DNA of 54,237 bases from Craspedostauros australis (GCA_030167865.1 JALAGF010006085.1:1-54237); one strand, 5' to 3'. Counted from the stretch's first letter, positions 31,832-43,409 are shown. Numbers and translations are program-made. The notes: generated by a model from the letters alone, not told the origin.

Positions 31832-33832
31832 ATGTTCCTGCTTCGACACCACAGAGGGCCTTCGGCCAATCCCCTTGCCAAACTACGAGTGCAAGTCCTG
31901 CCAATGCTGCTGATGGTGGTGGCACTACTGCCATCCTGGATGACGAACTCGATGGCGTCAGCACAAGCACCGCGGAGGAAGATCGAGCCATTTACGGTGG
32001 CCGTGGGGAAGTTCGCGACAGAACCATCCACCACGGACGCATTGCAGATACGCAACCTGGTGGAACTGGGGATGGCAAGCTACTTGCAGCAGTACCAATG
32101 GGAGTTTGGTGGACAGTTCGACTTCCTCGGACTCACGAAGATCACATCCGACTACAACACCCAAGTGCAGGAGGCGGCGGTCACATTCGGCGGTGGTCTC
32201 GTCTACTTCACGGATGACACGCCCGACTTCGCCGTCCCAGTGGACGACGCCTTCATGGACATTGTGTACCAAAGCGTCATCGACAATCAACGCATCCTCG
32301 ATGAGCTGCGAACCGAGTTTGCCTTCGTCACGTACTTCAGGTTGCAGCGGCATGACACCGCGGCACCGACACTCGCTCCATCCCTATCGCCCACCACAAC
32401 GCAGAATCCCTCGCAGAGTCCCACAATGGCAACGTTGACCCCGACCGGAAACACAAACACGGACGGCAGCGCCGATTCTGACGACGAACAGACGACTGAT
32501 CCAGACGGTATCGATCGTTCACCGAACGCTGTGCCATCTGATGATGAGCCGTCTCTGATGCCGATTGTGCTGATCTCCGTGGGAGCCGTCGTACTCCTCT
32601 TCGTCGTGGTCTCCATGTACCTCTTTCGGCGCAAACACCGCGCGGCACAGGTGGATTCGGCCTCGCTTGATGGAAAAGGCGCTGCGAGAACGTCCAGGAT
32701 ATCGAAGAATGAGCTGGATGTCACCCAATGCGATGAATCGTCGCCCATCTCCAATCGCAAAACATCGCCTTCATCATCTGGGGATCACAGCAGTCACTCT
32801 CACACAAGCATCAAGAGCATGAAAAGCAACGACAGCAATGACCAGCACGCAAGTGACACGATGAAACTGGCGGCCATCGGCAGCACAGACGTGGAGAACA
32901 ACTTTGGTGGCTTCAACGACACCGATGAGAGCGACGATGACGACGCTGACGCTGATGATTTTCACAGACCTGCCAACGCAGGCGAGGGCAATAATAGCAG
33001 CGAACATCACGAGCAACACAACAGCTCTCACTCCTACCCGTCTCTGTCGAGAATGCTGGATGCATCCAATTGGTTCTCGTCCAGCAAACCGGACAGCCCA
33101 GTGAAAGTCAACACGGTGCCGGATGCGCAGCCAGCCGGCGATGTGGAAGCCAACCGCGCATCACTTCCGCAACAATCAAGTGACAACCGCAACGATTACA
33201 GCCTGGACACCAGCACCAGCTTCTCAGAATCGCTCTTCAGCGAGCCCAGCCTGATCGGCGTCAAGTCAATAGAATCCTTCGAGGAGAACCGGCGCAACGT
33301 GCACCTGCGCAAGGACATGCTCACCACGCCCCGCGGCCCGTCTGACAGCCTCAGGTACTGGCAGCCGCAGATCGACAAATCCAACAAGTGCGCGCTGGCC
33401 CCCACCGATGTCTCCGCCGCAACGCTCGCCATCGCCGACAGGGAGGATCACGACGACGAGGAACGTCATGCGACGGCGCCCGGTGGCATATCCAACGCTC
33501 CCATCCCACAGATTCGCTTCGACCGCGGGCACATGCTGCACGACTATGCTCGCCAGACCAAGCAGCATTCGTCTTCGGAGACGGACACGTTCGGCGCCAA
33601 CGAAGAAGATCTGTGGGATCCAGATGACGCGAGCCTGGGAACCAGCGGAGGCGCAGACATGGAAGTCCGCAACCTCAACCGCGACGAGCAGTCCATGCTC
33701 AACAGCGCAGTGCGCAATCAGTCCTACAAGATGCAGCAACTGCGAAGTCCAGAGAACAACGCGCGCGGTGGCGGTGGCCACGTCGAGGGGTTCCGTCGCA
33801 ATCAAGGATTCGACTTCGATGCATCATTTTGA
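31832..33832 (+). CDS. Type I single-pass membrane protein (signal, SEA-like ectodomain, PT stalk, TM, long S/D-rich cytosolic tail); paralog of 19789-21378
   Basis: Long ORF with hydrophobic VLPMLLMVVALLPSW, APTLAPSLSPT stalk, TM LMPIVLISVGAVVLLFVVVSMYLF followed by RRKHR, and tail motif ESFEENRRNVHLRKDMLTTP. Start is 31832 or 31904. Confidence 0.87.
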   Translation: MFLLRHHRGPSANPLAKLRVQVLPMLLMVVALLPSWMTNSMASAQAPRRKIEPFTVAVGKFATEPSTTDALQIRNLVELGMASYLQQYQWEFGGQFDFLGLTKITSDYNTQVQEAAVTFGGGLVYFTDDTPDFAVPVDDAFMDIVYQSVIDNQRILDELRTEFAFVTYFRLQRHDTAAPTLAPSLSPTTTQNPSQSPTMATLTPTGNTNTDGSADSDDEQTTDPDGIDRSPNAVPSDDEPSLMPIVLISVGAVVLLFVVVSMYLFRRKHRAAQVDSASLDGKGAARTSRISKNELDVTQCDESSPISNRKTSPSSSGDHSSHSHTSIKSMKSNDSNDQHASDTMKLAAIGSTDVENNFGGFNDTDESDDDDADADDFHRPANAGEGNNSSEHHEQHNSSHSYPSLSRMLDASNWFSSSKPDSPVKVNTVPDAQPAGDVEANRASLPQQSSDNRNDYSLDTSTSFSESLFSEPSLIGVKSIESFEENRRNVHLRKDMLTTPRGPSDSLRYWQPQIDKSNKCALAPTDVSAATLAIADREDHDDEERHATAPGGISNAPIPQIRFDRGHMLHDYARQTKQHSSSETDTFGANEEDLWDPDDASLGTSGGADMEVRNLNRDEQSMLNSAVRNQSYKMQQLRSPENNARGGGGHVEGFRRNQGFDFDASF

Positions 33833-34066
33833 AGCTGATATGCCGCAATTCATATGTTTTTTCAGTGGATGTCGCGTCGCCATGACGCGCAGTGCTCGGC
33901 TCTACATCCGGACCTGCAGGCATGGTACCTACTCCACTGTGTACCATACACTACCATATTTCACAATCAAGTTCATAATACTATTCTAAATCAGTTCTAT
34001 TAGTAGGTGCATTGGACAACCAACAACCCGAAAGGCAACTGCACTCTGTGGCATATCGTTAGTTGC

Positions 34067-35213
34067 CTATTGGATCATCGACAGCACCTCTTTGATGGCA
34101 GCTGCGATGTCGTTCTTTTGTGCATCCTTGTAGCCCCACTTGTTGAAGAAGTCGATCCAGTACTGTACCACCACCACCACCACCACCACCACCAACAACA
34201 AAATAATAGTAATAGTCATGATAGCGTGCAATGGATTCAGGGTCGAGTAGAGTGTGGGAATGTGGAGATAATACAAGAGTGAGGTTGGACACCTCTTCCA
34301 TTTGCTCCCACACAACACGCTAAAGCTGCAGATAGTATCGTACAAATACATACCTTGATCTTTCCATCGTCCGTTGTTGCAGCATCTGCTTCCATTTCAG
34401 CAACTGCCAGAATCGCATCGCAGTTGACCTTCACCATCGCATCCAGTGTTGCGAGGTTGGCGAGGATCTTGATACCTCGGTTCGCTGTGATGGATGATTG
34501 GACTTGCAACTCTTCATCCTCATGCATCGTCTTCATCGCCGTTGGCATAACGACATTCATGCCTGCAGTGGGTGAAACATTGGTCGGCATCGCAAAGTGG
34601 ATCAACAGATATGAAGCGAGTGGATGGATTGGATGAAACAATGGGGGAACTGGTGATGAGAGGGACAATGCCAATCGATTATTGTCTCCGATCCTCAAAC
34701 AAATGCACAGAATTACAAGAACATCCTACTCGCGCTGTGCTCCATTCTGATACGACCGCATAACTTACATGCGAGAGGGACCAGTTCATCCAAGTTGGCT
34801 TTCTTCATTGCTTTCTGCAATGGCGTAGGAACCTCCTGCTGATCGGCAGCCGTATCGTCACCTTGGATGGTCAAGTACGAAACGAAGAATCCGCGAATGC
34901 CATCGGAATGCGAGAGCTGCGCTGCGATCAGTTCTTCCACCTGTGCACCATCGCTTTGCGCGGGAGGAGATTCCATCATTGCGAGTGCAAGATCGGCACC
35001 GTACTGCACCTGTTGCATGAAAGGATCGTTGGATAGCTGCCCCACAGATGGCAACGCGGCAGATGAGTCGGTCGTCATGAATCTTGATGTGGCCCGGAGA
35101 TCCCTGGCTGGGCCATGAATTGCGAAATGTCCCTCATGTCGACGCGCCAGGAAGGCATCCACGATCAGGAGAGATGAAAGGCAGTGGATAAAGATGAACG
35201 ACGGAGGCCGCAT
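34067..35213 (-). CDS. Conserved hypothetical protein, probably plastid-targeted; complement(join(34067..34162,34354..34562,34769..35213)), 249 aa
   Basis: Three exons with canonical GT-AG introns that keep frame (750 nt in total). Signal peptide ends ..LIVDA-F (bipartite plastid motif). Core motifs are SDGIRGFFVSYLT, LACMNVVMPTAM..H and YWIDFFNKWGY..QKNDIA. Confidence 0.82.
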
Positions 35214-36424
35214 TGTGGACGAACGACACACGTGGGGGAGTCTTTGGTTCAAGGGAAGCGCGGTTGGTTTCACTTTTGTGAGACGTTGTGCCAAGTCGCA
35301 AAAGGATGGATGAGCTGTTCGTTTGTTGAATCCGTCAAGTTGCGGCAAAACATATAAACATGTATTTATCTTGAATACGTGACTGAGTACTGTTGTTTCA
35401 AGAGGTTCTTGAAGAAAGTCATGCGTGAATCATTAATGTAGTATATATCGTGAATGCCGTGTATTACACGATTGTATCCAAACTTGTTTGCATCGGCGTT
35501 CTTGTGGTCTTGCTTGGCCACATGAAAGTACACACATTCGCATTACTACACGTAGCGTCGCTCGTGGTACAGAGCAGATCGGGATCTCCGAGTTCCACCA
35601 TAGAGTAGCTCGCGCTTCTGCCAATTGCTCTCGATGCTTGTGCTGTATTTTCGTGTGGTATTTTAGGTGCTCTATGGTTAGAGAGGAGCAGGGTCTCCCT
35701 CTGCTCTGCGATTTTGAGGTCGCGATCTGGCGATCCGTCTTCGTGATTGCAGTGACAGCTGGTTGGTGAAGGCCAGTGATGGGGTGTTCTCTCCGAAATG
35801 GGGTCAAAATGAGAACATCCTTCTGTCTCTCCTGTGTCGCCATCTGTTCCGTCTTGTGAAGGTCATGGGAGAGAGAAAGAAGTGGTTGGCTGGCGAACAG
35901 CTGGAAGGAAAAGATTCACAACCACACAGTCCTCCGTGGTATCCCTCGCGTGGAATTCAACTGAAACACTTGGCACCGAAAGAGGAACAACATCGATGCG
36001 AAGAAAAGGAACAGGGAGGGGGGGGGGATGCCAACCACCTCCACTCACAATGTTCCCAACAATCCAATCCAATCCAACACAGCAGAGCAGAGCAGAGCAG
36101 AGCACCAAAGACTAAGAAGAGCAATAAAAGCAACAAGAGCAGCAGGAAGAGTGCAGCTCCTGACCACAACAGCACTCCGTCTCAAAGCAGCGACGACGGT
36201 GACTGCTCTCTGCTTCTTCTTTGTCGCGACTGCATAAGAGCTGGAGAGGTGTCGACAGGATCACATCCACATCCACATCCACGACTGCGGCAACGCAACA
36301 GTTCCAGTTGGAGGGAGTTCGAGTTCGAGTTCGAGCGGTCGAAGCATCTCACGACCCAATCCAAACCCCAGACATCTCTTAGTCGCAGAGCACTGCGTTT
36401 GCCATTTTCATCGGCACATCCTCA

Positions 36425-39400
36425 ATGCCAACCATGGAGGACGCAGGAAGGCCGCAGCACAATGCTCGCGGCGACGCCGCAAATGCCTTCCACTACAGCG
36501 ACGAACTCTTTGCAGCGTGCGCTGCGTTCGTCTCAAGTCGCGAAGGACAGCAGCTCGTCCTCGACTTGCAGAAGAGCGGTGCCCTCCAACCCGAACATTT
36601 GACGGCGTTGGATCCATCGTGCCAGGAGCTGTTCAACCAGCATGCGCAACACTACGGCCGACCAGGATTGAAGGATTATGGTGCGAGAAATGGCGATGCC
36701 GCCATGCAAACGCAGCTGCGAAGCAGATTGTCCAGGTTCGTGTCGACGGTGCAACAGATTGCGCAGCACAAGGAAGATCGACAAGCGAAGTACGGGGCGG
36801 GGCAGCACCATCATCACTTTGACGTGACGCTCAATCAGTTTGCGGATGTCGCACCGCACTTGCCTTCCACCACAGGTGAGGCGAATCCCTACACAACGGA
36901 ATGGTCAAAGTACTGGAATGATCAACAGGGGCGGTCGTTGCGCGACGGCACATCGGCGCAAACGGCGAGGGGCCAAGCCGACGTCCCAATCACAAAGCTC
37001 GTCGATGAGAAGAGCATCCTAGATGTCGCCACGAAGATGAGGTTGGGAACAGCATCGGGACATCACCATCACAAGCATCACCATCACCATCATCATCATC
37101 ACAAACATCACCATCACAAGCACGATCATCACAAGCATCATCATCATCATCACAAACATCACCATCACAAGCACCATCATCATCATCATCACCCAACCTC
37201 CGCTCCGACGGAGAGTCCGACTGATGGTCCTACCCACAATCCTACCGTCACTCCTACCGACAATCCTACCTCCCACCCGACCACCATTCCCACAGATGGC
37301 CCAACTAACAATCCTTCTGGCAGTCCCACAGATGGCCCAACCAACAATCCTTCTGGAAGTCCGACGGACTTCCCTACCGTCAATCCTACCGATAATCCGA
37401 CGGGCATCCCTACCGTCAATCCTACCGATAATCCGACTCGCGGCCCTACTCACGGCCCGACTAACAGCCCGACCAACAGTCCAACAGGAAACATTAACAG
37501 CGACATTCCGTGGCAAATGCACGGCACGCCTGGCGAGAAGGATCACGCATTGATTGATGGGTACCATCAGCATGCCGCAAAGAGCTTGCGGTTGCAAGCA
37601 AGCCGGAGCAATGCCAGCCCTTCCAGTGATACAGGCACCAGCGATGATGAATATGGGATGGACGATGTCATCGTCGACCATCGGTTTGACCTGCATCTCC
37701 ACTGGGGAACCGACAATAACCCTGATGGAATGACCTTGGTTCATTCACCGTTGGATCAGGTGAGTTGACTTGAGTTTACTTGAGTTGGGGCTGAGGCAGA
37801 TTGAGTTTGAATACAATTGAGACCCGGGCCGCTTGCCTATGCTGTGCTGCGGCGTCGTTTCATTGACGACTGTCTCCATGTACGGTTCGTCCTTGACACG
37901 GCCAGAGTGCTATGCTCCAGAGCACTTTCCGTTCTTTTGTCCATTCGCCATTGCTTGCTCTTGCAAAAACATCTCGGATTCCATAACTTTCACTCAACAA
38001 AATCACTCCGATTGTCCTTCATCTGTTCATCACCCTGACACTCGCACTCAAATCCAAACCCAAACCTGTGCCCACCGCACCTACTCAATACATAATCTTG
38101 ACCAACAGGGCGATTGCGGTAGCTGCTGGGCGTTTGCTGCCACGGGAACGTTGGAGGCAAGCGTCGCACGCACCGTAGGTCTGGAGGCATATCATGCTTT
38201 CATGTCTGGCCCAACCTCCAAAACTACCCTGGGTGCTTTCAATCAAACCGTCAACGCCAATCTCCAAGGTCCGAACTCCATAGATATCGCAGCAGGGCAG
38301 TACGCATGGCTAGTCCAAGAAAGGGCATTTAGCGAACTGCTGCTATCCGTCCAGGAGCTGATCGACTGCGATAGAGCCGTCAATGCCGGTTGCGATGGCG
38401 GCAATCCGATTGCTTCCTTCTTCTTCATCAACCAGTTCGGTCTGACAACGTGGAAAGACTATCCATACGAGGCGCTTGGCGGCGCGTGCCAAATTGGCTT
38501 GGCGAGCAAACCAGTGGCAACGGTGGAGTCTTGGGGCATGGTGGCCGAAGACTTCGAAGACGCGATGCAGTTGGTCTTGCAAACCATCGGTCCCATCTCC
38601 GTCAGCATGAACGCGGCCGATCCGGCCTTCGCTCTGTACGAGAGTGGGATCTACAACAACTGGAATTGCTCCGACGAACCCAACCACGCAGTCGTCATCG
38701 TTGGCTACGGTGAGGAGTTTGTCCCGTTCGCGCCACCTTCGTCTGACGCGGCCAATGCGACGTTGGCGGATGTGGAACAAGAGGACAGCGAACGCTTGCT
38801 TGAGACCGACACCGTGGTCGAAGGTCGGAATGTCCGTTATTGGATCGCTCGCAATTCGTGGGGCAAGGACTGGGGAGAAGATGGTTACTTCCGAATCGAA
38901 CGAGGCGACGGGGCGAAAGGCAGCCAAGGAATTTGTGGGATCTCCGCGCAACCGAGTGTCGCCATTGGTGGGTCCTTCATCAGCCCCGATCAATTGGCAT
39001 CATTCGCGTCGACGACGAAGAGTTACAACATGTCAACCGGGAAGGTCGCATCAGATGAGTACGCCCGCTGCATAGGGATCGATTCTGCGTACCTGCAAGC
39101 GCATTGTTCCAATTTGATGGGGTAAGTTCAAAGCGGCACAGTGCGATTCATGAGACATAGCGCGACTTGATGCGATGCAGGAGCACAGCACTGCACTGCG
39201 TATCTTTATTGGATGATGACATTGGAGTCGTCACCTGAACAATCTCCACCATGGTTTGGCCTTGCTGATTGGCATTTTGGATTCATTCTGTGCTTTGTGT
39301 TTCATTGGACTCATCGGTTCCTTGCAATCCTTTGTTTGACGATGCGCCACTCTTCTCTGAATCGCACTCCCTTTGTCGCTTCAACCCTGCAGCTTTGTGG

Positions 39401-39714
39401 ATATCCACCGTGTCTACCTCATGGGTGTGTTCGCTATCATCAGCATCGTGTTCTTCGCATTGTCCCTGACGTCTAACCAGGATGCGGCTGACCGCACGAA
39501 TGATGAGCAGGATTTGGACTTGGATTTGGACCTGGACTCGCAAGGTGACGAGTCCGATGCCGATGAAACCTCTATTCTGCACACACTTGACGGACGTCGT
39601 GATACGCGTGCATCCGCGTTCGCCTCCGCCCCAGCCGAGTCTGATGCTTTGATTGCGCGCCCCCTGCGCCAAGAACGAAACGGCCGCTTTGAAGGATACG
39701 GTTCAGTTCCATGA
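36425..39714 (+). CDS. Papain-family (C1A, cathepsin L-like) cysteine protease with His/Lys tract, PTxx repeats and C-terminal TM; join(36425..37759,38109..39121,39393..39714); 5' end uncertain
   Basis: Splicing restores PLDQ|GDCGSCWAFA (catalytic Cys). Also present: LSVQELIDCD..GCDGG, PNHAVVIVGYG (His), YWIARNSWGKDWGEDGYFRI (Asn), I29 prodomain remnant LNQFAD, and exon 3 TM VYLMGVFAIISIVFFALSL. Confidence 0.9.
37061..37492 (+). repeat. Coding low-complexity repeats: 44-codon His/Lys tract (37061-37192) followed by 25 P(T/S)xx tetrapeptides (37193-37492)
   Basis: Read directly: 37 His, 6 Lys and 1 Asp, then PTSA PTES PTDG ... PTGN. Confidence 0.95.
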
Positions 39715-39915
39715 AGAACCGCGCAAGCGGCATGCTCATGTCACATTTGCTTGTACTCGAACGAGTACCATACGTGTGCTACAACAGACGATCGAAGTGC
39801 TACTAGGAGAATTCGTATGTTAGTTGTGCAAGCATGTACTCTATGATGGAAGTCTACTGATACGTACGGACACAGCTACAGGATCGAAGTTATAGAGTAC
39901 TATTAGGAGTTATCG

Positions 39916-41439
39916 TTACATGCCACAGTTGCTTCCATGATTGGTGTTGGTGCCGTTGTTGGCGTTGCCATTTGTGTTGCTGTGATTGTTGGTAAGCCCG
40001 TTATTGCCGTTCTGCATGAGATTGCCATTGTGCTGTTGCTGTTGTTGTTGTCCGAATGATAGCATCCCGTTGCTGAACCCGGAGGACATCTGAGATGCCT
40101 GCTGCATGAGGTTGGATGGATTCATCTGTGCCGATGATGGTGGTACGGACAGGAGGCTCGATGAACCTGTCAGTGACTGTATGAGAGCCCGTTCCATCTC
40201 CGAAAGCCCTCCCAACTTGGATGCATCTATGTTCATGCCTCCATTTCCCCTGTTCATGTTGCCATTGTTGTTTGCACTGCTGTTGCTGTTACTGTTTCCG
40301 TTACCGTTGCTGCTGTTGTTGCCAACATTGTTCGCAGTGTTGGCGAAGCTGTGCAGTTGGTTGATTTGATTTTGGCCATTGGCATTGCCATTGACAGCGT
40401 TGTTTCCGATGTTGTTGTTGTTGTTGTTGTTATTGCTGTTGCCGATGTTACCGCCATTGGCTTGGTTGTTGAGGTTGATCGCTCCCATGTTTTGACCACC
40501 CCCGTTACCCCTGTTCAATCCCATCGTCGCAGTCTCCAACAGCTTTTGAAACTGGGCCAACCCTGCCTGCAGCTGCTGCGAAGAATCTGCCATCCCTGGC
40601 ATCGACGCTGGCGCAGTTTTGTCCTCGCCGTTCATGTTAGATGCGTGCATTGAGGTCGAGGCTTGCGTTGGTTGTTGCGTGGACTGTGGGTTTTGCCCAG
40701 CTCCAAGATGGTTTTGCTGTTGTTGCTGCTGCTGCTGCATCAGCTGCTGTTGTTGTTGTGGCGTTGGCTGTTGGAGAGCCGCAGCACCCGCACCTGCGTT
40801 GGGGCTTCCCATGGTCCCGGCCGCCGCGAGCAGCTGCGATATGGTGGTCGCCGATGGGATGGCGCCGCCAGGTTGCATCATCCCCTGCAACATGGCCGGT
40901 GTTTGCCCCTGCATCTGTTGCAAAGGATTGCGCGCCCCGTTGAACAACCCAGCAGCAGCGGCTGCTCCCCCCATGTTCCCGAATTGCTGCTGCATGCGAA
41001 GACGTTGGTTCTCCGACACGGCAGAGTCGAGCTGGAACCGCAGCTCTTCGGTGACCTTGCGGAGATCGTTGTTCTCCTTCGAGAGGCTGGCGACCGTGCG
41101 CTGCAGGTCTTCGATGAGGATCTTCCTGCGTTGTCTTGACTGGAAGGCGGACCTTCGGTTGGCGGCTCTGCGCTCGGCCTTCTTGTCTTCTGCGGACACC
41201 TCCTGTTGAATGGACGCGTTTGCTCGCTTCTGGCCTCTCTTCTCCATCCCCATCGACTGATGAGGATTCAGGCCAGCGGTCGGGCCATCGCCGTTCGTTG
41301 TGCCCATAGAGAACGAGTTCCTGGAGGATGATGACGATTCAACATCATCACCGTCAGCCTCCGACTCCGTCACCTTTCCCAGCGACTTGATCAAGGCGCC
41401 CGGTTCGGTCATGAGATGCGCGTGGTTGGCTGGAGCCAT
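39916..41439 (-). CDS. bZIP transcription factor with Q/N/G/M-rich C-terminal region
   Basis: Basic region KKAERRAANRRSAFQSRQRRK followed by leucine heptads (IEDLQRTVASLSKENNDLRKVTEELRFQL) in a 507-aa ORF with aaaATGg context. Confidence 0.92.
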   Translation of the reverse strand: MAPANHAHLMTEPGALIKSLGKVTESEADGDDVESSSSSRNSFSMGTTNGDGPTAGLNPHQSMGMEKRGQKRANASIQQEVSAEDKKAERRAANRRSAFQSRQRRKILIEDLQRTVASLSKENNDLRKVTEELRFQLDSAVSENQRLRMQQQFGNMGGAAAAAGLFNGARNPLQQMQGQTPAMLQGMMQPGGAIPSATTISQLLAAAGTMGSPNAGAGAAALQQPTPQQQQQLMQQQQQQQQNHLGAGQNPQSTQQPTQASTSMHASNMNGEDKTAPASMPGMADSSQQLQAGLAQFQKLLETATMGLNRGNGGGQNMGAINLNNQANGGNIGNSNNNNNNNNIGNNAVNGNANGQNQINQLHSFANTANNVGNNSSNGNGNSNSNSSANNNGNMNRGNGGMNIDASKLGGLSEMERALIQSLTGSSSLLSVPPSSAQMNPSNLMQQASQMSSGFSNGMLSFGQQQQQQHNGNLMQNGNNGLTNNHSNTNGNANNGTNTNHGSNCGM

Positions 41440-42070
41440 TTTGTTGTGAGAGCGAGGAAAGATGATGTATGGTGCGATCGATGATGTTCAACTTGTTCCA
41501 CTCGACTCAGATGCTACGAGTATGGACTATGATTGGTGTGTGATTGGTGTGTTCGTCGTTGCCGTTGCCTATGCTGATGCTGCTGTTGCTGACAATGATG
41601 ATGTAGACAGAAAAATAATCGGCAAGAGCTGCGATGAGAACGATGTTGTCGTGCGTAAGTGTACTTCGATAGCGTGAGTACGACCCACAGGTGATCTGAT
41701 GATTAGTGTGGTGGAGGAAAGATGGAGACAAGAGGAATGAATGGCAAAGTCGAGGAGGAAACAGGAAAGAAAGGAGGGAGGAAAGCAGACGACAGGAATC
41801 CCAGAGAGGAACACTTGAGTGGCGGTGTCGTGAAGAGACCACTCGCTCTCTCCTTGTAGTCCACGATGACGGTGATGTGTTCATTCCAATCCGTTTCTGA
41901 TTCTGATTGACATGTTCTGCCATGCCGCACGTAAACCGTGGTACATGATGCGTTGGCAACCACCTCCAACAACGCACAGCACAACACACAATCACAAAAA
42001 TACACCTCCAGCTTCAAGCCATCCGAGTTTGTGATGCATCATTTGTTGACATGACCATAAGTAGCAGGAG

Positions 42071-42280
42071 ACACGTCACTCATAGATTGCCCCATGACAT
42101 CGGCCAATCCGTGGTACTTAGTGTACACGCACACGTCATGCCAAACAGTGTCGCTACCGCCCGTTCAACCATGAGGCCAACGCACGTCATCACTTCCCAA
42201 CCAAACTTCAAGCACCAATCAGCGTAAGTCAGCAAAAAGGGGCTTTGTCAGAACCATACAGATTTGTTTCGTTCCACGTC
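42071..42280 (-). promoter_or_regulatory. Cluster of TGACGTG/ACGT-core sites and CCAAT boxes upstream of the bZIP gene
   Basis: cacgtca at 42072, 42132 and 42183; cacgtc at 42275; ccaat at 42104 and 42215. Function is inferred. Confidence 0.45.
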
Positions 42281-42536
42281 TCTCTGATTTGCTGCCACGC
42301 GCCTCGCCAAGGTCGCTGGGAACAGTGAAGTAGACTCAAGCAGAGCAGAACAGAGTGCGCCGGAGCACATCGACATCGCAGTATCTTCATCGTCTGCGAA
42401 AACCAAAGAGCCGTGAGTTTAGTAGGGCATGGATGACATGTCCCTGAAGAGAGTGCGATGCTTGGACAGGAAGTGAGGCTAAAAGCAAGATGATCGGTGG
42501 AAGCATCACACGATCAGATTTCAAACATGTTTGGAA

Positions 42537-42651
42537 AAGCGTGTCCCTTTATTAAAATCGAGAGATGACGAGAACGCTCTTCTCATTAAAGCGTGTCCCA
42601 AACTATGAAACAACAAAGGAAAATAGAACGTTCCTTCTTCAAGCGTGTCCC
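42537..42651. repeat. Three copies of aagcgtgtccc at an exact 52-bp period
   Basis: Copies at 42537, 42589 and 42641. Confidence 0.85.
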
Positions 42652-43409
42652 TTGTCCTTCGTGAATAAGAGGACGGACGATATTGATCGTTGCTTATCGA
42701 ACACTATATTGTCGCGAAGCAGGACATTGTCCGCTTTACATTGATTTGTCCGTTTAGGACCATGTAACTCCGGACAGACGTAATATTGTACACCGAATGG
42801 CCAAGCTCTCCTGTCGTCCCGAAGACTTCGTCGGCCTTGTGCGCCGCCAGAGACAGCAGCGTCATGGTGGACGCGATGGATTGCATCAGCCATCGACATA
42901 GTTCATCTTCAATAATTGCACTGCTGCGTCGTACGTACTAGTCCTGTGGAACTGTGGTATTTAATCGGTGTCGCTGTTTCGGCGGAGATGATAGAACACA
43001 GACAAAAATGGGTACTTACCTCGAGATTGGGAGTGATCAGGTCCGTCAAATGAAGTAGAGTGAAGCTAGTAGGAATTGTCAGTGTGCTCTGAGTGGTTAA
43101 TTGATGTTTAGATGATGTNNNNNNNNNNNNNNCAGAACTGTTGGAGTCTGAATTGTGAGCAGATGGAGATGAAATGATGAAAATGATGCTGAGGCAACAT
43201 GTGTTGCAACACACAGCAGAACATGAAGTGCAGTGCATGAATTACAGTGCATGAAGTGGAGAGCATGAAGGTGTTGTCGAGTTTGCAAGACTGAGGAGGT
43301 TGATGGCACCTCCAAGACTGATCTTGCTTCTTGGAACAACAATGATGCATGCAGCAAATCCGATCATTGCAGAAATGCGATCTTGCCAAATTTGATGGGA
43401 TTGATGAGC

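Noticed and set aside
35763..36602. 279-aa ORF upstream of the protease
   Set aside because: It is built from simple repeats, overlaps the protease in another frame and has a non-ATG start.
37019..37744. Met/Val-rich minus-strand ORF
   Set aside because: It is the antisense of the His and PTxx repeats.
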